Below are positions 38,612 to 48,943 of a stretch of DNA of 64,000 bases, piece after piece (within the stretch, counting starts at the first letter, position 1; each line of letters begins with the position of its first letter). Source of the DNA: Anaerolineae bacterium (lineage in GTDB: Bacteria > Chloroflexota > Anaerolineae > UBA1429); contig OY776562.1 of NCBI GenBank assembly GCA_963675785.1, positions 2,976,001-3,040,000 of the forward strand, in the 5' to 3' direction. Made by a program: the position numbers and the translations under genes. Below the pieces are notes generated by a model that saw only the letters and a program-made list of their open reading frames with translations, made no database searches and was not told where the DNA came from.

Positions 38612-39094
38612 ATGACTCTGCCAGAGAACCTTAATTCGTATATCTCAGCAGCCCTCTTTGTGATGGGCGCCTATTTGCTTGCTCTCTATGTGGGCATGAT
38701 CATTTGGACCTATCGTGATGTCAGCTCGAGGTCACGCGACCTTCTCGCCAGAATTTTGGCCACACTGTTGGTTGCTATCTTTAATGTTCCGGGCATTCTG
38801 GTTTATATGCTGGTTCGACCCCGTACTACGCTGGCCCAGGATTATGAGCAGAGTCTAGCTGAGGAGGCCATGCTGCAGGACCTTGAGGATCGGCGGATTT
38901 GCCCCAACTGTCATCGCCCTGTTCGCGAGGATTACATTGTGTGTCCCGAGTGTCATCAGCATCTGATGACCAAGTGTATGGGTTGCGGACGATTACTCGA
39001 TCCTCGCTGGGACGTGTGCCCCTATTGTGGCCTCTATCAAGAGGGTATTACGGAGAAAATTGAACCGAATGGTGCTGAGGATACAACTGTCTGA
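38612..39094 (+). CDS. Membrane protein with C-terminal double zinc ribbon
   Basis: Two TM segments ('WTYRD...VYMLVRP'), then CPNC/CPEC/CMGC/CPYC. Confidence 0.85.
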   Translation: MTLPENLNSYISAALFVMGAYLLALYVGMIIWTYRDVSSRSRDLLARILATLLVAIFNVPGILVYMLVRPRTTLAQDYEQSLAEEAMLQDLEDRRICPNCHRPVREDYIVCPECHQHLMTKCMGCGRLLDPRWDVCPYCGLYQEGITEKIEPNGAEDTTV

Positions 39095-39110
39095 TCGGCA
39101 GAGGAATGTT

Positions 39111-39141
39111 AACGGGCGGAAGCACGCTTCCGCCCGTTTTT
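39111..39141. terminator. Intrinsic terminator
   Basis: aacgggcggaagc-ac-gcttccgcccgtt followed by ttt. Confidence 0.82.
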
Positions 39142-39142
39142 A

Positions 39143-40822
39143 TTATGAGGGATCAATGCGTACATGCGGCCAAATGCCGTGAGCCTTGAGACAGGCGGTT
39201 AGCTCTTGAAGATTCTCTTCACGAACCAGACACACCGTCGGCGAGATGACATGTTCGAGCAAGGGACTTACATCGGGCCAATCTTGAAGGTTCTGCATCG
39301 TTTCTCGATCATCGGTTTCCAAAAGGATGACGCGCCGCACCAGAACGCGGCCAAAACGGCCTCCCCAGGCTCGCAGCGTTTGTCTGACGATATCCGGTAC
39401 CTGACCGCCGGTGATGCGCTCTAAAAAACGCTGAACTCGATCAACGGGGACATTGGCATTTTGTCCCTCCCAAATAGATTCGGCAGTGATGCGCAACACC
39501 GCCTCATCGTCTGTCTGCGCTTCCCACTGGGCAAAACGTTCCAGCTGGTATCGGTCGTAAAGCGTTTGTGCTGTGGGCATGTGTACCCGAAAAGACGCAT
39601 CCAGAATGGCCACTCCCGCTTTTTGTGGGATAGCGCATTCTTTTTTGCCTAATAGTGATGCGGCACCGATTGGCGTCAGCTTGAAGGTTTTACCATCGTC
39701 ACCAAGAGCGACAAACCCCAGCCAGCACAGGGGCTTGCTCAGCATTGCACGAATGGTTGCCCCTTCGATACGTTCCCAGTGTTCAAATCCAGCGAGTAAT
39801 TCGCCCGTTCTAGCATCGTGGATGTGCCAACTCTGCATATCGCCATCGGGCCGAAGTAAGTCCGGATGCTCTAGTTTGATGCGGGCGATGAATTGATCTG
39901 TGCTGATCCATTCGCTTTCGGGTAAACCAGCCAGATATTGTAGGATGATCTCACGTCCGGGGCGGGGGTCGTGTTTCAGGGCGTTTCTGTCGCACTCGAT
40001 GGTTTGGACGAGCTCTAGCTCTCGCCAACTGCCGATTTGCTGCCAGGCACCAAGTAGAGCGGCAGCGCGCTGCGCGTCATCGAACCGCAACCAGTTCCTG
40101 GCTTTGCTGGCGGGCAGCAAACGGCCGTGTTCTGCTTTGACCAGTCCCATCCCCAATACAATCTGCCGTAGCAGACTCAAGCGGCTTGATTCTTGCTCTC
40201 CGAGCAGTCGCCCGCTCAACCGTTCAATTTCTGTATCAATGGCACTGGCAATGCTGACGCGACTGCTGGCGTGCGGCATGTGCTTCCGAACGTTGACGAG
40301 GATGGCCATCATATCCTCCTCAAAGCTGTTACCACAGGTACTGACACGCGATGGTATCGGGCCAGTAATGGAATTCGACAAAGCAAAGGGGAATAGGATT
40401 CTGATATGAGGAAGTAGTTGATCTGCAATGACGAGCTGCTCTTCGACGAGCTGGCCTGTATTGACATAGATTTGAAAGCAAAAGCCCTTGTAGACGAGTT
40501 CTTCGAGTGGGTTTACAGGAAACAGCCAGGGTTGCTCGCGCATCAATCTGGCGCTGCCTAGTTTGCGGATATCGCCATATGCTTGTAGCCGATGCAACGG
40601 CAAGGCACCGCCTTGCTGGCTAATGCGCGTGAGCAGTGTTTGCGCCTGCTCGCTCAGGTCGCTGCTCAGCAGGGTGAGGCGCTCAATGGATAACATGGCG
40701 TCGCCAATGCACTGGGCTTGCTGAATTGGATCGGTTGAGTCCAGCTCAACTTGCCAAACCAGCGCCAGGCCATCTCGAAGGGCACTGTCTAGATTGACGA
40801 TCAGGCGGTATAGATCATTCAT
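39143..40822 (-). CDS. Helicase-associated domain protein (XPB/Ssl2 N-terminal-like, Helicase_C_3), no motor motifs
   Basis: 'PLCWLGFV', 'RYQLERFA...RITAESI', 'VPDIVRQTLRAW'; no Walker A or DExH; start moved to ATG 40822 (AGGAG RBS). Confidence 0.7.
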   Translation of the reverse strand: MNDLYRLIVNLDSALRDGLALVWQVELDSTDPIQQAQCIGDAMLSIERLTLLSSDLSEQAQTLLTRISQQGGALPLHRLQAYGDIRKLGSARLMREQPWLFPVNPLEELVYKGFCFQIYVNTGQLVEEQLVIADQLLPHIRILFPFALSNSITGPIPSRVSTCGNSFEEDMMAILVNVRKHMPHASSRVSIASAIDTEIERLSGRLLGEQESSRLSLLRQIVLGMGLVKAEHGRLLPASKARNWLRFDDAQRAAALLGAWQQIGSWRELELVQTIECDRNALKHDPRPGREIILQYLAGLPESEWISTDQFIARIKLEHPDLLRPDGDMQSWHIHDARTGELLAGFEHWERIEGATIRAMLSKPLCWLGFVALGDDGKTFKLTPIGAASLLGKKECAIPQKAGVAILDASFRVHMPTAQTLYDRYQLERFAQWEAQTDDEAVLRITAESIWEGQNANVPVDRVQRFLERITGGQVPDIVRQTLRAWGGRFGRVLVRRVILLETDDRETMQNLQDWPDVSPLLEHVISPTVCLVREENLQELTACLKAHGIWPHVRIDPS

Positions 40823-40956
40823 TCTTTCTCCTACCTGATTATGCCATTGCTTGCCAAGTGCGGCAATAGACCAACTCGTTTGACCCATTCTTCTGCTGGG
40901 TGTTATAGTCAGAAATCATGATGGAATCAGCCCTTTGTTTTGGGAGGAATGCACAT

Positions 40957-42627
40957 ATGTTCAAGTATGCCCTGGGTGTTGATTACGGTACCGAGTCTGC
41001 ACGCGCGGTATTAGTCAACCTTGCAGATGGCTCTGAGGTGGCTGAGGCTGTTTTCTCTTATCCTGATGGCGTTATCGACGAAAAACTCCCGGGGACCGAT
41101 GTGCGGCTAGAGCCAGACTGGGCTCTGCAGAATCCCAATGATTATGTGGCGGCGTTTGTCGCTACAGTCTCTGCGGTCGTCAAAAAATCGGGTGTGCATC
41201 GCCGTGACATCGTTGGCATTGGCGTGGATTTCACAGCCTGCACCATGTTACCTACTTTGATTGATGGTACACCCCTCTGTAACGTGCCCGAACTACATGG
41301 TAATCCCCATGCTTGGGTCAAACTGTGGAAGCATCATGCGGCCCAATCAGAGGCGGATGAGATCAACGAATTGGCGCGCCGCAGAAACGAACCCTGGCTG
41401 GCACGATACGGCGGCAAGATATCATCCGAGTGGTTCTTCCCCAAGGCACTGCAGATTTTGCATGAGGCCCCTGATGTTTATGAACGGGCTGACCGCTTTA
41501 TTGAGGCGGCTGATTGGATCATCTGGCAGCTGACGGGAGTGGAGACTCGTAACTCTTGTACTGCCGGATACAAAGCTATTTGGTCCAAAAAAGATGGGTT
41601 CCCCTCCCCCGACTTTTTTGGTGCGCTAGATCCGCGCATGCGCCATATTGTGACCGAGAAAATGTCCGAGGACATCCTTCCTCTTGGTTCTTGGGCAGGC
41701 GGTTTGACCGCAAAGATGGCCGAGGCCACTGGACTTTGTCCGGGAACGGCTGTGGCAGTGGCCAATGTCGATGCTCACGTGGCTGTACCGGCCGCGACCG
41801 TCACTGAGACTGGGCGCATGGTCATGATTATGGGTACATCGACGTGCCACATGGTGATGGGAGACCAGGTTGCCATGGTGCCGGGGATGTGCGGCGTCGT
41901 TGAGGACGGCATTCTCCCCAATCTGTACGGCTATGAGGCCGGCCAATCTTGCGTTGGCGACCACTTTGCCTGGTTTGTTGATAATTGTGTGCCTGCTGCC
42001 TATCAGCAAGAGGCGGTGGATCTGGGCGTGAGTATCCACCAGCTTCTTGAGCAAAAAGCCTCCAAGGCCAAGCCGGGAGAATCAGGATTGTTAGCCTTGG
42101 ACTGGTGGAACGGCAACCGTTCGGTGCTGGTGGATGTGGACCTTACAGGGCTACTCATTGGACAAACGCTGGCCACGCGCCCCGAAGAGATTTACCGTGC
42201 GCTAATCGAAGCTACGGCTTATGGCACGCGTATCATCATCGAGACTTTTGAGGAAAACGGTGTGCCCGTGCGCGAGATTGTGGCGGCAGGCGGCTTGCCT
42301 GAACGCAATCGTATGCTTATGCAGATTTATGCGGATGTAACCGGGCGTGAATTTAAGGTAATCGGTACCACTCAGGCGGGCGCTTTGGGTTCCGCCATGC
42401 ATGGCGCCGTCGCTGCTGGCGCTGCGGCAGGCGGATATGAGAGCATCATCGATGCCGCGAAAAAGATGGCTCACATCAAAGAGGAAAGCTATGTGCCCAT
42501 CCCAGAGAACAGTCGGGTGTACGATAGTCTCTATAAGGAATATGTGCTGTTGCACGATTATTTCGGACGCGGAGCCAACGATGTAATGAAGCGGCTCAAA
42601 CGCATCAAAGCAGAGGCTATGGACTAA
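40957..42627 (+). CDS. araB: Ribulokinase (FGGY kinase)
   Basis: 'GVDYGTES', 'DFTACT', 'LWKHHAAQ', 'YGGKISSEW', 'LDWWNGNRS'; GGAGG RBS before ATG 40957. Confidence 0.93.
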   Translation: MFKYALGVDYGTESARAVLVNLADGSEVAEAVFSYPDGVIDEKLPGTDVRLEPDWALQNPNDYVAAFVATVSAVVKKSGVHRRDIVGIGVDFTACTMLPTLIDGTPLCNVPELHGNPHAWVKLWKHHAAQSEADEINELARRRNEPWLARYGGKISSEWFFPKALQILHEAPDVYERADRFIEAADWIIWQLTGVETRNSCTAGYKAIWSKKDGFPSPDFFGALDPRMRHIVTEKMSEDILPLGSWAGGLTAKMAEATGLCPGTAVAVANVDAHVAVPAATVTETGRMVMIMGTSTCHMVMGDQVAMVPGMCGVVEDGILPNLYGYEAGQSCVGDHFAWFVDNCVPAAYQQEAVDLGVSIHQLLEQKASKAKPGESGLLALDWWNGNRSVLVDVDLTGLLIGQTLATRPEEIYRALIEATAYGTRIIIETFEENGVPVREIVAAGGLPERNRMLMQIYADVTGREFKVIGTTQAGALGSAMHGAVAAGAAAGGYESIIDAAKKMAHIKEESYVPIPENSRVYDSLYKEYVLLHDYFGRGANDVMKRLKRIKAEAMD

Positions 42628-42639
42628 CGGGCAAAACGC

Positions 42640-42668
42640 GGGGCAGCCAAAAGGCTGCCCCTTTTTTT
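42640..42668. terminator. Intrinsic terminator after araB
   Basis: ggggcagcc-aaaa-ggctgcccc followed by T7. Confidence 0.85.
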
Positions 42669-45252
42669 ATAGGAGAGAAACAGGGTCGATATCAATGCGC
42701 CAACCAAGGGGAAGTTCGATTTGTCTGAGCATGGCACCGGGGTCGAGGGACTGAAGGATAATTTGCCAGCGGTAGCGCCCCCGAATGCGGCTAAAGAATG
42801 CTGGTGCTGGCCCAATAATGCGCGTATCAGCCAATCCCTGCCGTTGCAGCATGGTATTCAGCATGTTGGCCACGCGATTTGTCTCTTCTTCCGCCAGGTC
42901 GTTGTTGGGATTGAGGTAAAGCAGGCGCGCCATGCGGCTGATGGGCGGATACCAGTGCTCTCGGCGAAAGGCGATCTCTGAGGCGTAGAAACCGTCGTAA
43001 TCGTGCTGCGAGGCCGCTTGGATGGCCGGGTGTTCTGGGGTGTATGTCTGGATGATGACCCGTCCGCCGAGAATGCTGCGCCCTGCCCGGCCAGCTACCT
43101 GAGTGAGTAGTTGAAAAGTGCGTTCGTTGGCCCGCAAATCAGGCAGATTGAGCATGGTATCGGCCGTAACCACGCCCACCAGCGTGACTCTCGGTAGGTC
43201 CAATCCCTTGGCAATCATCTGTGTACCCACCATGATGTCGGCCTGACCGTTGATGAACTGATCGAGGATGCGCTCGTGATCCAGCTTGCCGCCAGTGGTA
43301 TCCACATCCCAACGCACCACGCGTACGCCGGGATATTTTTGTTGAACGACTTGTTCTACCTTTTGGGTACCTGTGCCGAAATAACGAATGCGTCGACTGC
43401 CGCACACAGGGCAGGTTTTTGGTGTCGGCTCACTATAGTTGCAATGATGACACAGCAGTACTTCTCGACCAGTGTGATAAGTCAACGGGATCAAGCATTT
43501 TGGGCACTTGACTACATAGCCGCAATCTCGACAGGAGACAAAGCTGGCCGCTCCTCGGCGATTCAAAAAGAGAATGATCTGTTCGTGCTTGTCAAGGGAT
43601 TGCTGAATAGATTGATCCAGTGCACGAGAGAGAATGCTGGTATTGTGCGCCAAAAGCTCAGCACGCATGTCTACTATCTCAACCTCGGGCAGATCGGCAA
43701 AGAGGGCATCCTGAGTATCGGCATCAGCGTTGAAATGGCTTGCTGGTCGGTCGAGATCATGTTCTTGCTCAAGAATAATCAGTCGGTGGCCCATCACGCG
43801 TCGCGGCATGACCAGCCGTTCGAATTCGCCACGTTCCACAGCATAGGCTGATTCCAAAGAGGGTGTGGCGCTGCCCAAGATCAAAGTGGCCCCGTATATG
43901 CGCGTCAGCTCTATGGCTGTCTCTCGCGCGTGATAGCAGGGGGTGCGTTCTTGCTTGTAAGAGGACTCATGCTCTTCATCAATAACGATGAGGCCCAAAT
44001 CCTGAACCGGTGCAAAGAGTGCCGAGCGGGAACCAACGACCAGTTTGAGATCTCCAGAGCGGATCAGGTTCCATTGGTCGTAGCGTTCGCCGGCAGAGAG
44101 TTTGCTGTGCAGTACCGCCAAAGTATCGGCAAAGCGAGCCCCAAAGCGGCGAATGGTCTGCGGCGTAAGGGCAATTTCGGGAACCAGCACAATCGCCGAT
44201 TGACCGCGTTCTAGCACCTGGCGAACAGCACGCATATATATCTCGGTTTTGCCACTTCCGGTGACACCTTGCAGCAACAATGGGCGAGGATGAGGCTCAT
44301 CAAGCCGCGTGGCGATGGTCTGCCAGACTGTGCTTTGGTCGGAGGTGAGTATCGGCTCGGTCAGAGGCACAAAGCGTTTGCCTTGAAGTGGATCACGCCA
44401 CAGGCGTTTTTCATCTGTCTCCAGGGCGCCATTGTCAATCATGCTTTTTACAACACCTGCACTGACCTCACTGGCATCAGCTGCCAGGGCTGCGTCCATC
44501 CAGCGGGGGCCCTGTTTTTCCAGCCACTCGGCCAGGCGCAATTGTGCTTTTGCTCGCGATGAGACATGATCTTGCCAATTGGGAGCCAGATGCACAACTC
44601 GGGTTGTGCGCGGGCGTACAGTGGGTGGCTGTATCTGTTGATGTGTATTGATCAATCCCTTGCGCAAAAGCCTGTCTAGCGTTTGAGATAGACGTGGCAT
44701 GTTAAAGCGCCGTTGAAGCTGCGCTTTCGTCAGAGGCGTATCGGCTTTTTCTAACTCAGCTAACAGAGTGCTTTCGCTTTCATCCAGCGCAAGGCCGTTG
44801 CTCTTGTTGCTGGTCTGATATACCGTAACAACGTTCTGGGTGACGCCGGGAGGCAGTAGGGTATCTATGACGGTGGCCAATGGGGCAATGTAATAGTCGC
44901 TCATCCAGTGGGCTAACTGAATGAGTGGCAATGACATGATCGGTTGCTCGTCAACGATCTGGTCAATGGGACGGGTCTCTGGCACGGGGCTTGCATCGTC
45001 CAAGCCGATGACGACACCCTGAATATAGCGACGGCCAAAAGGAACCCAGACAAGCTGGCCAATCTGGATGCTATCACGCAGTTCTGCGGGAACGTGGTAG
45101 TGAAAAGTGCGATTGCGCTGATCCTCTTGAAAAGCATCTTCATCCTGTAAAGGGTAGCTTTTCTGGGATAGAGGCGTACGAACCAGAACGATCGCGTAGA
45201 GGGTGTCGCTTCCCGTCAAGTTTTGGTAACCAAGGTTTCTATCGGTTATCAC
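42667..45252 (-). CDS. priA: Primosomal protein N' (replication restart helicase)
   Basis: GVTGSGKT, DEEHE, SATP, four CxxC zinc motifs, 'QVAGRAGR', C-terminal 'DIDPVSLL'. Confidence 0.97.
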   Translation of the reverse strand: MITDRNLGYQNLTGSDTLYAIVLVRTPLSQKSYPLQDEDAFQEDQRNRTFHYHVPAELRDSIQIGQLVWVPFGRRYIQGVVIGLDDASPVPETRPIDQIVDEQPIMSLPLIQLAHWMSDYYIAPLATVIDTLLPPGVTQNVVTVYQTSNKSNGLALDESESTLLAELEKADTPLTKAQLQRRFNMPRLSQTLDRLLRKGLINTHQQIQPPTVRPRTTRVVHLAPNWQDHVSSRAKAQLRLAEWLEKQGPRWMDAALAADASEVSAGVVKSMIDNGALETDEKRLWRDPLQGKRFVPLTEPILTSDQSTVWQTIATRLDEPHPRPLLLQGVTGSGKTEIYMRAVRQVLERGQSAIVLVPEIALTPQTIRRFGARFADTLAVLHSKLSAGERYDQWNLIRSGDLKLVVGSRSALFAPVQDLGLIVIDEEHESSYKQERTPCYHARETAIELTRIYGATLILGSATPSLESAYAVERGEFERLVMPRRVMGHRLIILEQEHDLDRPASHFNADADTQDALFADLPEVEIVDMRAELLAHNTSILSRALDQSIQQSLDKHEQIILFLNRRGAASFVSCRDCGYVVKCPKCLIPLTYHTGREVLLCHHCNYSEPTPKTCPVCGSRRIRYFGTGTQKVEQVVQQKYPGVRVVRWDVDTTGGKLDHERILDQFINGQADIMVGTQMIAKGLDLPRVTLVGVVTADTMLNLPDLRANERTFQLLTQVAGRAGRSILGGRVIIQTYTPEHPAIQAASQHDYDGFYASEIAFRREHWYPPISRMARLLYLNPNNDLAEEETNRVANMLNTMLQRQGLADTRIIGPAPAFFSRIRGRYRWQIILQSLDPGAMLRQIELPLGWRIDIDPVSLL

Positions 45253-45254
45253 GG

Positions 45255-46109
45255 CTAAATAAAGGCGATGGCGGCATAGCCAACCATAACAGCCGGTTCG
45301 CCAATGGGATCTACTTCGTGGCTTGTTGTATAGTGCAAAAGCTTGCCGCTCGTACTGCCGAGATCACGAGCGCAGGTTACGGCTGCCGCAACGGCCCCTG
45401 CACCGCAAGCGTTGCGATGGGCAGAGGCTTCTGCCAGTATGCTGGCTGTATCCATATTGCGCACAAGGTCGATAAAACGCTGATCGTTTTGATGTGTCCA
45501 GGCTAGTGCTTGATTGCCATAACCCGCGGGGGCAAAGCCATAGGGTGCACCATAGTGGGTTAGGTCGGTAGAAGCGACAACTGCGACGCGGCGTCTTAAC
45601 TTTTTCGAGGCAAGAGCAATAGCAGCACCAATGGCAGGTGCTTGCTCATTCGGTGGTACAGCAATGGGCAAAAGGCGTGTATTGGGCAGGCAATACTGGA
45701 CGAACGGAACCTGAACTTCGATGGCATGTTCACCTTCGTGTGCCCGTGTTGAAGCCATTACAAAACCGTCACTATCTTGCACAAGCGTGGCGGCCAGTTC
45801 GACATCAATCTCAATGGCGCCGAGGGGTGTGCGCCAAGTGCCGTCTGGGTACACACTTGCATGATCCACGCCCCAATGGTGCACAGCTCCGGTAATGACG
45901 ATCGTCTCGGGCTGAGGACCTGCTTTCAGGCCGGCGTAAACATGGGCTGCTGTGGCCCCAGAATAGATCCACCCTGCGTGGGGAACCACACCGCCGTATT
46001 CGATTGGATCTTGTGTGCCGGCATCCTGAAGAAAGGCTGCCAAAGCTTTCCTACATTCATTCGCATTTGCAGGGTAAAACCTGCCTGCTACGACTGGCTG
46101 ACGTTCCAT
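45255..46109 (-). CDS. amrB: AmmeMemoRadiSam system protein B (MEMO1 family)
   Basis: 'RQPVVAGRFYP', 'PHAGWIYSG', 'EHAIEVQVPF', 'STDLTHYG', 'VGYAAI'. Confidence 0.9.
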   Translation of the reverse strand: MERQPVVAGRFYPANANECRKALAAFLQDAGTQDPIEYGGVVPHAGWIYSGATAAHVYAGLKAGPQPETIVITGAVHHWGVDHASVYPDGTWRTPLGAIEIDVELAATLVQDSDGFVMASTRAHEGEHAIEVQVPFVQYCLPNTRLLPIAVPPNEQAPAIGAAIALASKKLRRRVAVVASTDLTHYGAPYGFAPAGYGNQALAWTHQNDQRFIDLVRNMDTASILAEASAHRNACGAGAVAAAVTCARDLGSTSGKLLHYTTSHEVDPIGEPAVMVGYAAIAFI

Positions 46110-46320
46110 TGCTTTGCACTTTCTCAACTAGTTCATCTTATTCCAGTATATCACCTGCCGCTACACTGACTCAACTGTTTGTGTATAATAAGAGTATCTG
46201 CCTTTACTGGAACATTATTTGGCCAGTAGCCGTGAGCCGTACTTATTGCGGGATCGGCAGGGGGGCAGGAACCGGTTTCATGTCGTCCGCTATGGACAAT
46301 TTAATCAAAGGAGAATAGCT

Positions 46321-47157
46321 ATGCTCAAGATCGTTGCAGATAGCTGCTGTGATCTGAGTCCTGGTCAGGTTTCGAAATACGGCATAACGATAGTTCCCCT
46401 ATCGGTGCAGCTTGGTTTGAAATCGTATCTCGATAACGGGCAGGATGTTACGCGTGAAATGATCTATGAACATGTCCGCCAGACGGGAGAACTCCCCAAG
46501 ACATCCGCTCCCAGCATCGGCCAGTTTGTTGAGATTTTTAGCGAGCCGGGCGAATATATCTATGTGGGCATTTCGGCACAGTTTTCTTCGTCTCTGCATG
46601 ATGCCCGATTGGCGGCAGAGCACTGCCCCGACAGTAAGGTTTATTTTGTGGATTCAAAAAACCTTTCCACCGGTATTGGCCATGTGGTGTTACGTGCGGC
46701 CGAGCTGCGAGATCAAGGCCTTTCTGCTGCGAAAGTCGTTGAAGAGTTGGAGCAATTTCGCGAACATGTTCACTCGGCCTTTATCATCGATACACTGGAT
46801 TATCTCTACAAGGGTGGGCGTTGCAGTTCTGTGGCCCATCTGATGGGCAGCATGTTACGCATTCGGCCTGTTATTGAGGTAACACCAGAAGGTAAAATGG
46901 ATGTCCGTGAAAAGACCCGCGGGGCGCGCAAGAAGGGACTTGATGCCCTGCTACGTGATTATGAGGAACACTTGGATGAGGTCAATCCTCAGCGGGTATT
47001 TCTTACCCATACGGGTTGCGAAGGAGACGCTGTCTATCTCTGTGAAGAGATCAAAAAACTAAACGCTCCTCAAGAGCTCGTCGTTACAGATGCGGGTTGT
47101 GTTATCACCAGTCATTGTGGCCCGAACACGATTGGCATTTTGTACTGTGTGAATTAA
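46321..47157 (+). CDS. DegV family fatty-acid-binding protein (FakB-like)
   Basis: 'IVADSCCDL', 'PKTSAPS', 'YLYKGGR', 'SHCGPNTIG'; AGGAG RBS before ATG 46321. Confidence 0.95.
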   Translation: MLKIVADSCCDLSPGQVSKYGITIVPLSVQLGLKSYLDNGQDVTREMIYEHVRQTGELPKTSAPSIGQFVEIFSEPGEYIYVGISAQFSSSLHDARLAAEHCPDSKVYFVDSKNLSTGIGHVVLRAAELRDQGLSAAKVVEELEQFREHVHSAFIIDTLDYLYKGGRCSSVAHLMGSMLRIRPVIEVTPEGKMDVREKTRGARKKGLDALLRDYEEHLDEVNPQRVFLTHTGCEGDAVYLCEEIKKLNAPQELVVTDAGCVITSHCGPNTIGILYCVN

Positions 47158-47158
47158 C

Positions 47159-47195
47159 GAAAACACCCCGAAGCATTTGCTTCGGGGTGTTTTTT
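47159..47195. terminator. Bidirectional terminator between degV and gmk
   Basis: aaaacaccccgaagca-tt-tgcttcggggtgtttt. Confidence 0.85.
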
Positions 47196-47207
47196 TGATT
47201 ATCTAGA

Positions 47208-47840
47208 TTAGATATCAAGACGCTGTCTGGCCGTGCTGCATTTTTCCGCCTTCATAATAGCCAAAACCTGCTCGACGGTTTGATCCAGATCGTTCTGCTC
47301 GTTAACGACCACATAGTCGAATTCCGAAGATCGTTCGATTTCACCAAGGGCATATTGCAGCCTCTTTTCGATCTCTTCGGATGAATCGGACCGGCGATTC
47401 TTTAACCGGAGGATCAAGGTATCGATTGAGGGAGGTGCTAAAAAGATCGAGACAATCCCTGGGAAGCGTTGTTTGACGGTAGCAGCGCCTTGAACATCTA
47501 GGCGCATAATGACGTCCGTGCCGTTTGCGAGGGCCTGGCGTACTCGGGCGCGGGGGACTCCTTTGTACTGGTCGTAAACCATGGCGTGTTCAATGAACTC
47601 GTCGTTGGTGATCATGCGCTCGAACACATCTGTTGAGACAAAATCATAATCGATGCCATCGACTTCGCCAGTGCGGATGGGGCGATTGGTAGTAGTAACG
47701 ACAAAGTAAAAGGGAAAGGCCTTTTGTTTTAGGCGTTGTATGACGGTATCTTTACCCACGCCTGAAGGACCAGAGATGACGACGAGTAGTGGTTGCGGTT
47801 CGAGATAAGGTTTTAACAACTCAAAGGAATCGCACGTCAT
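47208..47840 (-). CDS. gmk: Guanylate kinase
   Basis: SGPSGVGKD, 'TTTNRPIRTGEVDGIDY', 'DVQGA', 'FDYVVVN'. Confidence 0.95.
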   Translation of the reverse strand: MTCDSFELLKPYLEPQPLLVVISGPSGVGKDTVIQRLKQKAFPFYFVVTTTNRPIRTGEVDGIDYDFVSTDVFERMITNDEFIEHAMVYDQYKGVPRARVRQALANGTDVIMRLDVQGAATVKQRFPGIVSIFLAPPSIDTLILRLKNRRSDSSEEIEKRLQYALGEIERSSEFDYVVVNEQNDLDQTVEQVLAIMKAEKCSTARQRLDI

Positions 47841-47919
47841 CACAAGGGTTCCACCTTTTGTCACTATAAAGGACTGCGCCAGGCAGAAAAAGCCTGGCGC
47901 TTTTGATTCAGACAAGATA

Positions 47920-48255
47920 TCAGAACTTGATGAGGCGTTCTACGTCCAGCACAAAAATAACAGCGCCACCGACCTGTACTTCGACAGGGTTGGGCATGTA
48001 CATTTCGCCAGGTTCCATCACCGGGGGGAGCGGGTTGACATAGAGCGTACGAGTATGACAGTTTTCTTTGATGATTTCGAGAAGCTCGGCAACCTTGTCC
48101 TCTTCGGTGCCCACCAAAATGGTTGCATTCCCCTCTCGCAGAAATCCTCCGGTGGTGCTGATCTTGGTAGAAGAAAAGCCGCCTTCACGCAGTGCTGTTG
48201 TAAGATCATCTGCGTCATCGCTATGCACGATGCTAATAAGAAGCTTCATTGCCAT
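47920..48255 (-). CDS. darA: PII-like cyclic di-AMP receptor DarA/PstA (YaaQ)
   Basis: 'MKLLISIVHSDD', 'STTGGFLREGNAT', 'VGGAVIFVLDVE'; AGGAGG RBS. Confidence 0.93.
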   Translation of the reverse strand: MAMKLLISIVHSDDADDLTTALREGGFSSTKISTTGGFLREGNATILVGTEEDKVAELLEIIKENCHTRTLYVNPLPPVMEPGEMYMPNPVEVQVGGAVIFVLDVERLIKF

Positions 48256-48287
48256 GCTTTTATCCTCCTTGCAGATAGCCCCGGCAT

Positions 48288-48935
48288 TCACGCCTCTGCG
48301 CACGGAGCCAGCAGCTGCTTTATTCTCTGTATGATCTGACTTGTAGTATGCCCTATAGATTGCTGGGCGTCCAGTACCAACCAACGTTCTGGATCAGCGT
48401 GAGCCATCTTTAGATACCCTTGCCTAACACGGTTGTGAAAATCAAGGGTCTCCTGGTCGAGGCGATTTAGTTTGTCTTTACCGGCGATCTCATCGGATTT
48501 TTTACGGGCTAGCCCAACACGTACATCCAAATCCAAATAGATGACCAGATCCGGCATGGTCCCGCTCGTAGCAAATTCGGTGATCTGCCACAGAGACTGG
48601 AGATCCAATCCCCGACCATATCCCTGGTAGGCCAAAGTGGATTCGGCAAAACGATCACTGATGACCATGGCGCCTCGTTCGAGTGCCGGCCGGATTATTT
48701 GTTGCACATGTTGAGTTCTGGCGGCCGAATAAAGGAGTACTTCTGCTTCGGGCGTCATCTCGCAATTTTTGGTATCTAACAACACCTGGCGGATCTGTTC
48801 TCCAATGGTTGTGCCGCCCGGTTCACGCGTGAGCACATACTCAACGTCCATTTCGCCCAGATGCCGAGCCAGATTTTCAAGCTGCGTGCTTTTGCCGCTG
48901 CCTTCTGGCCCTTCCAAGGTAATGAATAATCCCAT
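48288..48935 (-). CDS. tmk: Thymidylate kinase
   Basis: 'FITLEGPEGSGKSTQ', 'TREPGG', 'SDRF..STLAYQG'. Confidence 0.97.
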   Translation of the reverse strand: MGLFITLEGPEGSGKSTQLENLARHLGEMDVEYVLTREPGGTTIGEQIRQVLLDTKNCEMTPEAEVLLYSAARTQHVQQIIRPALERGAMVISDRFAESTLAYQGYGRGLDLQSLWQITEFATSGTMPDLVIYLDLDVRVGLARKKSDEIAGKDKLNRLDQETLDFHNRVRQGYLKMAHADPERWLVLDAQQSIGHTTSQIIQRIKQLLAPCAEA

Positions 48936-48943
48936 GATATGCC

